Shown here piece after piece: positions 1 to 12,115 of a stretch of 58,331 nucleotides of DNA. Position 1 is the first letter of the stretch. Every line of letters starts with the position of its first letter. Made by a program: the position numbers and the translations under genes. The stretch is from Octopus bimaculoides (Eukaryota), in NCBI RefSeq assembly GCF_001194135.2, contig NC_068982.1:166128017-166186347 (forward strand), given 5' to 3'. Under the pieces are notes generated by a model, which saw only the letters and a program-made list of their open reading frames with translations, was not told the origin of the DNA and made no database searches.

Positions 1-69
<69 letters not shown>
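1..69. repeat. (TC)n microsatellite
   Basis: Directly visible dinucleotide run at the window start. Confidence 0.98.
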
Positions 70-71
<2 letters not shown>

Positions 72-194
72 ACCTCTTTCTCTGCATATACTTATACTTA
101 CACATAGACATAGTTACAAACATGCATACACATACACACACAATCACACACGCACATACATTTATACACATACATCCCCAAACATATGTATATA

Positions 195-233
<39 letters not shown>

Positions 234-444
234 ANNNNNNNNNNNNNNNNNNNNNNNNNNNNNNNNNNNNNNNNNNNNNNNNNNNNNNNNNNNNNNNNNN
301 NNNNNNNNNNNNNNNNNNNNNNNNNNNNNNNNNNNNNNNNNNNNNNNNNNNNNNNNNNNNNNNNNNNNNNNNNNNNNNNNNNNNNNNNNNNNNNNNNNNN
401 NNNNNNNNNNNNNNNNNNNNNNNNNNNNNNNNNNNNNNNNNNNN

Positions 445-501
<57 letters not shown>

Positions 502-984
502 AGATATATACAGTCTATTCTATTAAGAAGAAACGCTATCTAGTCTTTCTGACTCAAGAGAGAAATTTAGCCTTTAGCTTCACTGTATATATATGTCTAT
601 GTGTATGTATAAAAGAACAACAGTAATTTTGAAGGCAAAGATTTGTAAAAACTACGAATGCCTTATTTAGGCGTTTTTCCTCAGAAAGAATGTCATGAGC
701 TGTGTCTTGTTTGCATGCGAGATAACAACGTCCCTGTTGTTGAATGAAACTAGGTGACCTTGTTTATATTTGTGTATATATAAGAAGTAATGCAAATTTT
801 ATTTGACGTGTCTAACGTAAGCGTAGTTAAGTGAGAACAGAACGTTGATCGGTGTCAAAGGGCAGATTGCACCTGTTTATAAGGGTAAGTTGTTGGATGT
901 GACATCTAGTGGTTTGTAAATATTGGAAAAGTTTATGAGAGATATACCGGTATTTTGAGATACATTAGAGATGCGAAAAAGTAA

Positions 985-1500
985 GATGAAGAGAGCGACA
1001 TCGACATATACTACAATGAAAGGTCAAATCGCAAGACTATGATTCAACATATGAAAAGTAGATGTCGGTTCCTATAGAACAATGTTTCCGACGTGAAATC
1101 ATTTGGCGAATGAAATGCAAATTGCTCTACCAACCTTACCGAAACAATCTTCATGGTCCAGTTCTTTTCAGAAGTTTCAAATATCAAGTAAATTCGAGTT
1201 GATGCCATTCTTCTACATCAATTTGAAATTCAACATTTAACTTCTATTGGGACATCTACACCAGCAATAAAGCCAGTAGCAACCAAGTTGTTATTGCGAG
1301 AAAACACGTTCGAAGTCTTTGCTGATGTCTCAATGTAACCCATCGTATTTTCATCAAAGTTCTCAAGGACGAGGAACCAATGTTGTCCAAAACAGGGCTT
1401 CGGAAATAAAGGACTGATAAACAGCGTATAGATACTTAAGGTCACCTAGGACTGCTTTTGCCACCTCTGGGATGACTGGAGTAATGGTGATAGTCATTTA
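985..1500 (-). mobile_element. Heavily degenerate non-LTR retrotransposon RT fragment (CR1/L2/Jockey-like)
   Basis: Minus-strand translation across stops and frameshifts gives ordered RT-like motifs: TITITPVIPEV (cf. YRPISITPVISK), DISKDFERV (cf. DISKAFDRV), KNGINSNLL (cf. GI.GNLL), VVYVDVAL (cf. YADD). Confidence 0.5.
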
Positions 1501-1787
1501 TACCCACCTAAGTCGCATTCTTTGAACACCAAAGAGCGACATAAATGGGTATAAATACCCGTACAAAGAAAAAGATTGAAGATACTCGTGATCATGGAAC
1601 GCACCGTATGAAGGAGACCAACTGTAAGGATCACCTTGTAAAGCTAAAATAACTGGTGGGGGTTTTGTACACTTACACATATATATTTTTATATTTGTGT
1701 GCATGTATATATATATGTGTGTGTGTGTGTGTGTGCATGCGCGTCCGTATGTGTGTGTGTATACACTTTATTTCTTGTTCCACTTAA

Positions 1788-1861
1788 AAATGCCGGTAAT
1801 CGCCTCCATATTGGATGATATTTTGGGAATCCCATCTAAAAAGAGGCGATTACTAGCATTG
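1788..1861. mobile_element. Tiny fold-back or MITE-like hairpin flanked by TTAA
   Basis: Arms 1789-1806 and 1843-1860 are reverse complements at 16/18 positions; TTAA at 1784-1787 and 1862-1865. Confidence 0.5.
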
Positions 1862-1882
1862 TTAATCCGCAAATAAAGAAAG

Positions 1883-2045
1883 AGGCACATGCATGGTTTA
1901 CTCGGTTGCTTCACAACTATACAGTTTCGGGTTCAGTCCCACTGCAGTCACCTTGGGCGATGGTTTTCTACCATAACTCTGGACCGACCAATGGCTTGTG
2001 AGTGGATTTGATGTATGAAAAGTCTAAGGAAACCTGCCGTATACG
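1883..2045 (+). mobile_element. SINE family A, decayed 5' half
   Basis: Matches the 34393 copy (GGTTCAGTCCCACTG B-box, CTTGTGAGTGGATTTG core). Confidence 0.8.
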
Positions 2046-2469
2046 TTTGTGCTTGTGCATGTCTATGTATGTGCGTGTGTTAATTGCGTCAACAAATTTA
2101 GTTGGAGTTTTAGGTATTTATTAATAATTTCACTCAGCTTCAAATTACTTAAGGGTTCATGGACACAGAATATATCCATATCATCGGGTAACTTTTATGT
2201 GGTGTTGAATCATCTTCCGATATGTGTGTATGCGTGTGTATTTGTGCGAGTAATTGCTATTTCACCCATTTTTGTACAATAGAGAAAATGAGTTAAAATT
2301 ATCTCGTTTCTTTTCTTTTTAACACTTCTCCAAAGTAACTGACTCAAGATTATATAGTTATATCATTTCCATGCAGAAACAGGTATCGTTGGACAAACCT
2401 GTTTCTACATATTGCACGTCTTCATTAAAGATTACTAAAACAACAGATCGTAAGTTAATTAATTCTTTC

Positions 2470-2676
2470 TAATTTTGACATAAGACCAGTAATTTCGAGG
2501 GGAGGGGTAAGTCAATTACACTGACCTCGGTGCACGACTGGTACTCTTTTATTGACTCTGCAAGGATGAAAACAAAGTCGACTTTGGCGGTATTTGAACT
2601 CAAAACGTAAAAACTGGAAGAAATGTAACTAACCTTTTTGTCCAATTCGCTAAAGATTTTGCCAGCATACCGCCTT
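2470..2676 (-). mobile_element. SINE family B
   Basis: Reverse complement of the 3077 and 40452 copies (aaagtcgac...atttgaactc). Confidence 0.8.
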
Positions 2677-3076
2677 CGCTTTTAAATTAATAATGAGAAG
2701 GAATATGAGAGAATTAAAAAGGAAAAACAGTGAGATAGTCACATATAGGTTTAGAGATAGGAAGAAACTGTTTTGAACGTACCCAATTCTTTTTCTTCTG
2801 CTGCAAAGGCAGAAATAGTTAGTTAAAAACCTAATTTAAGTGGGTTGTGGAAATTTTCGGCCATTGGCCTTTTCTTTCAGTGCCAGTCATCCTCTATTAA
2901 ACGAACACGAAAAACAGAAGCATTAATAATTAAACTGCTTTTTTTTTTTTTTTTCTGGTGGGGATGTTTTGGTAGGGGATGCTTTACTTGCTGAGACTGG
3001 AGGAAGGGACAATACCCACAACTTTTGCAGGCCTCCGAAACCGGTGAGCTTGATTATGTTAATATTTCATTTAAAC

Positions 3077-3271
3077 TAGGGCGGTGAGCTGACAGAATCG
3101 TTAGCACACCGAGCAAAATGCTTGAGGGCATTTCATCCGTCTCTACGTCGTGTTCATCTTTCTTTTCATGCTTTCGGCGTCGATAAAATAAGTACCAGTT
3201 GAGTACTGGAATCGATGTATTGACTTACTCACTCCCCCGAACTTGCAGGCCTTGTGCCAAAATTTGAAACC
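3077..3271 (+). mobile_element. SINE family B with 16-bp target-site duplication and internal deletion
   Basis: GGCGGTGAGCTGACAGAA head; identical AATATTTCATTTAAAC at 3061-3076 and 3272-3287. Confidence 0.88.
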
Positions 3272-3487
3272 AATATTTCATTTAAACCATTGTTTATGTA
3301 AGGAAATGCATTTGTGTCTACCAGTACAGCGAAAGGTTTCCATTCACACTGTGCTGGTCGCTATATGGTGTATTCATAGACACTGGTCCTAAAACAACAC
3401 GGAAAGATTAGTTGCGCGTAATTCGTTCTCCTAGTTGAAATGTACATACACATGTAATATTACTGATATTAGATGGTTTCTCGTTTA

Positions 3488-3672
3488 GGCACAAATCCAG
3501 TAAATATAAGGGGAAGCGATTAGTCGATTTCATTGACCACAATCCTTAACTGGTATTTTATTTTATGGACCTCAGAGGAATGAGGCAAAGTCTATCTTGG
3601 CGGAATTTGAACTCAGAATATAAAGAGCCGGAACAAATACTGCAAAACATTTTCCTTCGCTCTGCCCATTCT
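3488..3672 (-). mobile_element. SINE family B, decayed
   Basis: ggcaaagtc...cttggcggaatttgaactcagaa motif shared with other B copies. Confidence 0.75.
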
Positions 3673-3937
3673 CCAAATCCATCAGTCTATGAGTGCCTAA
3701 TACTAATATAAAACGACTAACTTTGGAAAATTGCTATAACACTCTTCAGTTCAAAATGAAATTTGTTGCTTTTCCCTTGGCAAAAAATTAATTCTATTTT
3801 TAAAAGTATTAGTGATTCTTTCTCACTTTTTTCATTTTTCTTTCTTTCTTTTCATCCTTCTAATTTCAAAGGAAGATTATTACTTGGATAATATAAGGTA
3901 ATTGACAGAGTATCAACTGTTGACGAACTCGATAACA

Positions 3938-4157
3938 AATGACTGAAGGAGGCTCCATGTGATTGCTCGACCTACAATAAACCTCAGCAAAATCTCTCTC
4001 GCTCAAATCACAACCTACAGTCTTATTAAAGAAAGGATGCGTTTAATAAAGTAGCCCTAGGTAGATTATCCTTAAAAGAAATGAGATGGCCACGTTTGAG
4101 GACCTTTGATTACAGGTTTACTTGAGCAAGTCTGAACTGGAAGTAAGTAACAGCAAC
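3938..4157 (+). repeat. Dispersed repeat family F (unclassified)
   Basis: Similar to 35008-35190 (+) and 35501-35675 (-), including the ctttgat(t/c)a and aacaac tail. Confidence 0.5.
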
Positions 4158-5307
4158 ATAACGAATATATGAAGTTAGACATCACAAAATAGGAAAAGAA
4201 ACCTGCTTACTTAGCAAATATTTTTCGGTTCATTGTTCCCCCAACACAAACATAAAAATTACTGTGAAAAAAGTATTTGTTATAATTTTATTATTTAATC
4301 ACAGTTTATTGTTATTTGTGTATGTCATTTCCATTCGTAAGTCTCAGACATTGAATAATAATTTTAAATTAATTATGATTTTCGTTATTATTTTTCTTCT
4401 TGTAGTTTGTTTTTTATAAACTAACTAAGTTAGATAGCAATCTTGGTAGAAACCAGTAAAACGGAGCAAATTAACATTTTCAAGCATTTTGTTTGTAAAT
4501 CTTGTGTTTTGTTCGTTAATTTAATTCATTTATTTATAGTTTATAATTTGTTTCCTTCTCTTATTGCAAATCCACAGAAGAAAATGGTATAGAGAAAATC
4601 AAAACTAACTTGTTTTGAAATCGCCTGAGGTTCTTGTTATAGATTGTCTGTTAAAGTTTATAACTGCATGCAAGATGTGGGTGTACGTGTGTGTGGGTGA
4701 TATGTGTGTTTAAGTGTAGCCATCTCTTATGTGCGCGTGATACTGATTATGAGACAGAGAATGTGTTTTAAAAGAATGTACGCGCATTGGTGTATGTGTG
4801 CATGTGCTTGTGTTTACGCGCTCGCATGTGTGAGAGAAAGATTGTAAGATAGGGAATTAGCGATTGTGGGAGAAATTTTGTTTGAAAATGAGTGTTTACG
4901 ATAGAAAGTTTTAGAGATTTGAGATAGTAAAACAGAGATTGTGATGTACATAAAAACATATATACATCCATATATGTATGTGCGTTTGTATGTGCATGTG
5001 TGTGTGCGTATGTATAATGAAAGTGCGAAAAAGAGAGGGAGAGAGAGAGAGAGAGAGTAGTGAAGATGGCGCAGTTCTAGAGGATGATGCTTTTGAGAAG
5101 AAAATCAATTCTCCGGTCGGTTTGTTTGCTTTTACAAGTTTTGTCTGTTGTTTCTGGTTGCTTTTTTTTTTTAGTCGTTTTAAATTTTTTTAGTTTTTCT
5201 CCCTTTTGTTTTTTACTTCGCTTAAACAGAGGGCGGGGTGGGCAAAGAAGTGGAGGAAATTGGGTGTATTTGCTTTTTGTTTCTTTTTTGTCTGTTGCTG
5301 ATCTTCT

Positions 5308-5351
5308 TCTCTTTCTCTCTCTTCCTCTCCCTCTCTCTCTCTCTCTCTCTT

Positions 5352-5394
<43 letters not shown>
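5308..5394. repeat. (CT)n microsatellite
   Basis: Directly visible. Confidence 0.95.
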
Positions 5395-5879
5395 TGTTTC
5401 AATGATTACGCACTAATACTTTGTGAAGTACGGGTATTGACGAGAGGTTGTCGTTGCAAGTCTACTGATCCGCATCGAGGCGACATTGTTTTGTACACAG
5501 GTCTTAGATATAGTGACTATATGTATGTATTTATGTATGTATGTGTGTGTGTGTGTGTGTACCTGTACATGCATGTGTGTGTGTAACTATCTGCCATTAA
5601 GAATCACGTCATACCATTGATTTATTACTGAGACAAAAAACTACAAATTTATAACGATTGTGAATGAGATGATGTGATGTGCATGCCTTTCTAAACAATT
5701 TTTCTGCTTGCGTTGTATGTATGTGTGTGTGTTTCTGTCTGTCACAGAACGTCTCCAAACTAGGAACCATTATCACCTTAACCAAATAAGATTATCAATG
5801 AAGTCAATTCACCAATGTCAAAATTACGACTCAGAATAATGAGACCCCGAGATGTAAATGATACACAAACAAGCATATA

Positions 5880-5990
5880 AGGCATGCACTCCCATCATCA
5901 GCTGCTTAACGGGTACCACTACGGTTTCGAAAACCTGGGAAGTACCATTCAATCCGACGGTGTGAATAGCGTTAAAGTATAAACTCCGCC
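5880..5990 (+). mobile_element. Possible degenerate RTE-clade RT fragment
   Basis: Translates LNGYHYGFENLGSTIQSDG, resembling the RT C-terminal F(K)YLGSTIQSDG motif; only this one motif supports the call. Confidence 0.3.
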
Positions 5991-6981
5991 TGGGAATCAA
6001 TAGACAAGCAGCAGAAGCAACACAATAGCATAATATGCTCATTACGCCAACACCTGTATATTATTATAAATAACAACATCGATTATAGACAAAATAGCAT
6101 TTGTTTATAGCTACAAAGCTAGAAATTAAAAGAAAAAAACAGCTTCTACAAAACAAAAAAATTCTTCCCACAAAGGAAATTGTGACCCAAAAAACTGTAT
6201 TTCGAAATAGAACTAGTGAACTAGTTCAAAAGATACGAAAGGTGTGACACGTTACCAAAGGGCTTTGAGCGCAGTAAATCAGTTTGACGCTCAACTACCT
6301 CCGGCGTAGTTAGACAGTCTTCATAACTCCACGTAGACTAGAATGTGTGATATTGGTATGGAAGGAGATTTTTATTCTTTATCACAAGACAATAGCCAAC
6401 TCTATTTATATATATTATTGATACAAAAAGATGAAAGTTTATCTTCATTCCAGATGGATTTGAACTCAAAAGCGTTTTCACTAAAACATGAGTTGCATTC
6501 AACATACCGTCTTCGCATTCTTTTTCACATATTATAAATGTAGAGGCAGCCTTGATAGATTAGCGGACATCCAACAAATAGATCGGGTTTCAGATCTTCT
6601 GTCCTGTATTAGGTATATAACTTTCGTCAGCCTGATTATATAAGTTTTGACAGCCAAAATCAATGTAATTGTAATTCCTCCCACCACGGTTCATTACTCT
6701 GTATTGCTAAATACATTACCTTGTGTGCGGGGAATCTGCCTGTAACAATCAACATCCATTGATTTTCTAAATGTCCTAGAAACCACAGTTGAGTATTATA
6801 TCTTAGACTCGTTGAAAATGGATTTTCTATCATAAACTTAAGAGAAAAGCGTTAAAGCATTGTGATACAGATGTAGAATAATGATTTAAAAACGGAGAGC
6901 TTCTTACTATACAAAAAGGAAAGTTGAAAATCCTTTATATATTTTAAACACAAAGGTCCATCATCAGAAGAATACAATTAA

Positions 6982-7347
6982 GAAATGTGGGTCTACCTGG
7001 ATCCTGCTATTTGGATAGCCGTTCGGGCACCCTTGCCTGCCGCGACGATGATTGTCGCTAATGCCTGCTACCACCTTATCACCGACGACTAAAAGGACAC
7101 GTACCACCAACGCAATTACCGACTACAACCACGGCATTTACAACCACCGCCAACAACACCGATGTAGACAATCGTCACTGCCTCTATTGCTGCCAACCTG
7201 AGGTCAGCAATTTACCACCGCCCCCTCCGTGGCATCTACGGTCACCGAAAAACACCATTTGGGGAGAACAACTATTGCTACGCACTCACCGGACTAAACT
7301 GAACTCCCAGCTATCCAAATGACAGGATGTACGTAGACTCACATTTC
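6982..7347. mobile_element. Non-autonomous DNA transposon (MITE) with 38-bp TIRs and TTAA TSD, Kolobok-like
   Basis: 6982-7019 vs reverse complement of 7310-7347 match at 32/38; TTAA at 6978-6981 and 7348-7351; termini begin GA (RR). Confidence 0.8.
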
Positions 7348-7575
7348 TTAACCATATTCTTCTAATAATAGACCTTTGTAACTGAAATATGTAAAGGTTC
7401 TTCATCTTACCTTTTTGCAGTGTAAGAAGCTCTCCTTCGTTTCTTTTTAGTTTATTATTGTACTTCTATAGACTTAAAACGTTAGGATTAACAGAAAGAA
7501 GTTTTAGGGTTTCAGATAGATAACTGATGAGAAGAAACATTTTTCATTTCCCATTAGCAAAAATGATAGAACACA

Positions 7576-7789
7576 TTGGTTTCAAATTTTGGCATAAAGC
7601 CAGCAATTTCGGGGTTGGGGTAAATTGATTACATCGACCCCTATACTCAACTGCTACTTGTTTTATCAACTCCGAAAGGATGAAAGGCAAAGTCGACCTT
7701 GGCACAGTTTGAACGCAGATCGTAAAGACAGGTGAAATTCCACGAAGCATTTTCTCCGGAGTGCGAACGATTCTGCCAGCTCACTGCGT
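7576..7789 (-). mobile_element. SINE family B, near full length
   Basis: gaaaggatgaaaggcaaagtcgacc...ttctgccagctcac is the reverse complement of the B head and body. Confidence 0.85.
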
Positions 7790-8135
7790 CAGAATGAGAC
7801 AACATATTACAATATAGTTTGTACGACAGATCTCTTGAATTTAACTAATGTAAAAATTTGTGTCTGAACAAGAAATCAATATTTTTATACATACTGGTTC
7901 CTTTAAGACAGAATGACAATGTGACAGCAATTTGTGGTGGAGTTTACAGAAAGTTTAATGTAAACAATCTTATAACTGGACTACATATATACAATTATAT
8001 ATGCTTAAATATAGACATATTTACCTACATAAATACTGACACACACGCGTGCGCATATGTGCATAGATCCATATATGCGACTACATGCAGATACACATGA
8101 ATATATAAATATAAACACACACATACATACATACA

Positions 8136-8167
<32 letters not shown>

Positions 8168-8237
8168 AAGATAAGATCTTCAAAGAAAAAATGAGGTATG
8201 TAAACTAGTAACAATCAATTCATTTCACAATATATAA

Positions 8238-8238
<1 letters not shown>

Positions 8239-8303
<65 letters not shown>

Positions 8304-8316
8304 GTGTGTGTGTGTG
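8239..8316. repeat. (GT)n microsatellite
   Basis: Directly visible. Confidence 0.97.
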
Positions 8317-8601
8317 ATGCTTATATAGGTGTAAGTATGTATGTATGTATGTTAGCAGAGTATACTGGTTGTTGCGACAGTTGTGACTGTATTTATCCAG
8401 CTGAACCTACCAAACTGACATAAGTTTAATCGTAGAAACTCGAGGCAATTTCAATTTCCCGATTTCAACGTGACTTAATCTTCGTTTTTGAGTGTCTGAC
8501 TGCTTATTATTGGATTTAAAAACAAATTATGACCAGATTATATTATGGTACTATGAGTACAGGATTGCGAAACTCATGTAGCGCAACCATGATATACGAC
8601 C

Positions 8602-8633
<32 letters not shown>

Positions 8634-9333
8634 NNNNNNNNNNNNNNNNNNNNNNNNNNNNNNNNNNNNNNNNNNNNNNNNNNNNNNNNNNNNNNNNNNN
8701 NNNNNNNNNNNNNNNNNNNNNNNNNNNNNNNNNNNNNNNNNNNNNNNNNNNNNNNNNNNNNNNNNNNNNNNNNNNNNNNNNNNNNNNNNNNNNNNNNNNN
8801 NNNNNNNNNNNNNNNNNNNNNNNNNNNNNNNNNNNNNNNNNNNNNNNNNNNNNNNNNNNNNNNNNNNNNNNNNNNNNNNNNNNNNNNNNNNNNNNNNNNN
8901 NNNNNNNNNNNNNNNNNNNNNNNNNNNNNNNNNNNNNNNNNNNNNNNNNNNNNNNNNNNNNNNNNNNNNNNNNNNNNNNNNNNNNNNNNNNNNNNNNNNN
9001 NNNNNNNNNNNNNNNNNNNNNNNNNNNNNNNNNNNNNNNNNNNNNNNNNNNNNNNNNNNNNNNNNNNNNNNNNNNNNNNNNNNNNNNNNNNNNNNNNNNN
9101 NNNNNNNNNNNNNNNNNNNNNNNNNNNNNNNNNNNNNNNNNNNNNNNNNNNNNNNNNNNNNNNNNNNNNNNNNNNNNNNNNNNNNNNNNNNNNNNNNNNN
9201 NNNNNNNNNNNNNNNNNNNNNNNNNNNNNNNNNNNNNNNNNNNNNNNNNNNNNNNNNNNNNNNNNNNNNNNNNNNNNNNNNNNNNNNNNNNNNNNNNNNN
9301 NNNNNNNNNNNNNNNNNNNNNNNNNNNNNNNNN

Positions 9334-9364
<31 letters not shown>

Positions 9365-10080
9365 CGCATAGGCATGGCGTGACTAATAATCTGATGTAGA
9401 ACTCAATATACGTATGGTCTAGAATACAATGTTATATGAGTATAGAGTGGAAATAGAAAATGAGATGAGACCGGAAAAACCATAGCGCCTGCATGTTCTG
9501 AAAATATAACTTTCCAAAATGAAGTGCACTTCATATTCAAGACTCTGATGTAGCTATAGGATGTTATCCTGGTATTCAATTTAGAGTCCACCACATTTCG
9601 TAGCAGAAACAGCTGTAAGCAAATGAGGTTCATTACATAACATTTGACCTTACAGCAGTGCTTTTTTCCTGTGGGTGTTCGGACCTGGCAACACAAGTGG
9701 AATCGGTCAAAAGGGGTAACTCCATTTCTCCGAGAAGGAGTTTTCACTTCGAAGAATTTCGTTTCAGCGGGATTCTTTCACAACCTAGCTGACCAAGGCT
9801 ATATTCTTACCTCTATTAGTAAAGAGCTTATGTGCCTCTGGCCAGCAGGTCTGCTTGGAGCAGTGCTTCTCAAACTATCTGATGTGGCGTAACGGCAGTT
9901 TTTTTTCCAACGTGCCAGGGATCGGTAATATTTCTTAGTAATATTAATTTATACCGGAAACAATATATATAATGAATATAATAAAAGTTGACGATTTTTA
10001 AAATCTTGTATTCATTTTGTAAACAAATGATACAATATTACATAAGCATTTTATAATATTTCTTTCTCTTCTGGAAACTC

Positions 10081-10131
10081 GCCGCGTACCGGCAGCTGAT
10101 GACTCGCGGACCACCACTTTGAGTATCACTG
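10081..10131 (-). mobile_element. Possible hAT (Charlie-type) terminal fragment
   Basis: Reverse complement starts CAGTGATACTCAAAGTGGTGGTCCGCG, resembling hAT MITE ends, with flank GTTTAGAG; the partner TIR and TSD were not found. Confidence 0.35.
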
Positions 10132-10172
10132 GTTTAGAGCAATAACTTTCTGACCGGCTGTAACTAACAACT

Positions 10173-10212
<40 letters not shown>

Positions 10213-11285
10213 NNNNNNNNNNNNNNNNNNNNNNNNNNNNNNNNNNNNNNNNNNNNNNNNNNNNNNNNNNNNNNNNNNNNNNNNNNNNNNNNNNNNNNNN
10301 NNNNNNNNNNNNNNNNNNNNNNNNNNNNNNNNNNNNNNNNNNNNNNNNNNNNNNNNNNNNNNNNNNNNNNNNNNNNNNNNNNNNNNNNNNNNNNNNNNNN
10401 NNNNNNNNNNNNNNNNNNNNNNNNNNNNNNNNNNNNNNNNNNNNNNNNNNNNNNNNNNNNNNNNNNNNNNNNNNNNNNNNNNNNNNNNNNNNNNNNNNNN
10501 NNNNNNNNNNNNNNNNNNNNNNNNNNNNNNNNNNNNNNNNNNNNNNNNNNNNNNNNNNNNNNNNNNNNNNNNNNNNNNNNNNNNNNNNNNNNNNNNNNNN
10601 NNNNNNNNNNNNNNNNNNNNNNNNNNNNNNNNNNNNNNTGGGTATATAAATATATGGATGAAGTGTTTGAAGAAAGTGCAATAATAACGTTCACACTCAC
10701 TGATGGTCGCTCTCAGTAACTGCCTTTAGCTTACGGAATTCTTGTTTTTATAACTATCAAAAAGCAGCCAGAAGGATAGACATATTGTTGAGAACAAATG
10801 ATTTCGTTCGAGGTCTGTTATCTCCATTTCAGCCAGTGGTGGCCTAGAAGGGTCAAGCAGTAAAGACATTATTCTGCTTAGCGAAGGCATCTGGGAAATG
10901 TATAACTGCTGCCATTCACAGAAAAACTATTGTTTTACCGTGAGAAAAGCGCTGTTGAAGTGTTATGTGAAATTTGGCAATCGAGGATCGAATCCACGCT
11001 ATGCCTTCGTGAAGCCACTACAAATACGTTGTGGAATAAAAAAAATTATCTACTGTCATGGAAAAAGTGTAACTGTAAAAATGCAGAATTATCGGAGTAA
11101 TGGGCATTCAAAAAAGTATGTATGTATAGAAATGTATGAATGAAGTCTTTAATGTTTTATATTCAAATTAAGGAAGCGTAATAATAATGTTTAGCAGTTC
11201 AAAACTGTGAGTAGTGAAATTCAGAATTAGGTCAGCTGATCGTGAGAATCAAATATTGATCATTTCGCTAAAAACTGCATGTGGT

Positions 11286-11790
11286 ATGGGTTATTTCCCT
11301 TGGGTTGTTTAAATAAAATATTAGTAATATGTGGTAGATAGAAGGATCCATTAGAAGGGCCTTATTATCGATTTTTTTTCAACATTCTAAGTATGTCAAG
11401 AGGTTTCCAGATATGAGTTCTACTCACGTGTCAAATAAAGTATAAAAGTCATATTGTCTGCAATAATTAGAAATAGGACATACGAAAATCAATATTCAAA
11501 GTAATCTAACATAAACAATGAAATGGGTTATTTCCTTTGAGTGTTTAAATAAATATTATGCATATGCTATGAGTTATTTCCCTTGAGTGGTTAAAAAGAC
11601 TTAGTTATATAAGGTAGATATAAAGGTCCCTTCCAGGGGCCGTATTATCAATTTTTTCAACAGTCTAATTATGTCACAATGTTTCCAGACATGAGTTCTA
11701 CTCACGTGTCAGGTTTCATCAAAATCAATAAAACGATGTAGGAGGAGTTAGCTAACAACGCTACAAACACACTTATTTTCCACATGTGTA
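11286..11790 (+). mobile_element. Non-autonomous Helitron-like remnant with internal diverged tandem duplication
   Basis: 11286-11433 is repeated at 11569-11711 (partial third copy 11523-11560). It is followed by gtttcatcaaaatc...gtaggaggagtt...tagtagat, which resembles rolling-circle non-autonomous element 3' ends. The duplication is certain; the class is inferred. Confidence 0.4.
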
Positions 11791-11812
11791 GTAGATATAT
11801 ATATGTGTGTGC

Positions 11813-11856
<44 letters not shown>

Positions 11857-12004
11857 GTGTGTGTGTGTATCAATATTTAGGTATTGTTCAGACAAATTCA
11901 AGGAAAATGACGGAACATACCGTGGGGTGAACCAATACCGAAGTAGAAGCAACTCAATAGTAAAGTCTCAGACAATTCTAACTTTAAAAATTAAATTACA
12001 TGCG

Positions 12005-12115
12005 CGCGCGTGTTAGTGTGCGCCTGTGTTAGTGTGCGCGTGTGTTAGTGTGCGTGTATGTGTTAGTGTGCGTGTGTGTGAGTATGTGCGCGTGTGTGTT
12101 AGCGTAAGTTTGTGT
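12005..12115. repeat. Minisatellite, ~16-18 bp unit GTGTTAGTGTGCG(C/T)
   Basis: Four clear and two degenerate units are visible. Confidence 0.85.

Noticed and set aside
1230-1445. YIETSAKT, identical to the Ras/Rab G5 motif
   Set aside because: No G1-G4 motifs are nearby. The adjacent frame of the same bases reads DISKDFERV within an ordered set of LINE RT motifs, so the match is an off-frame coincidence.
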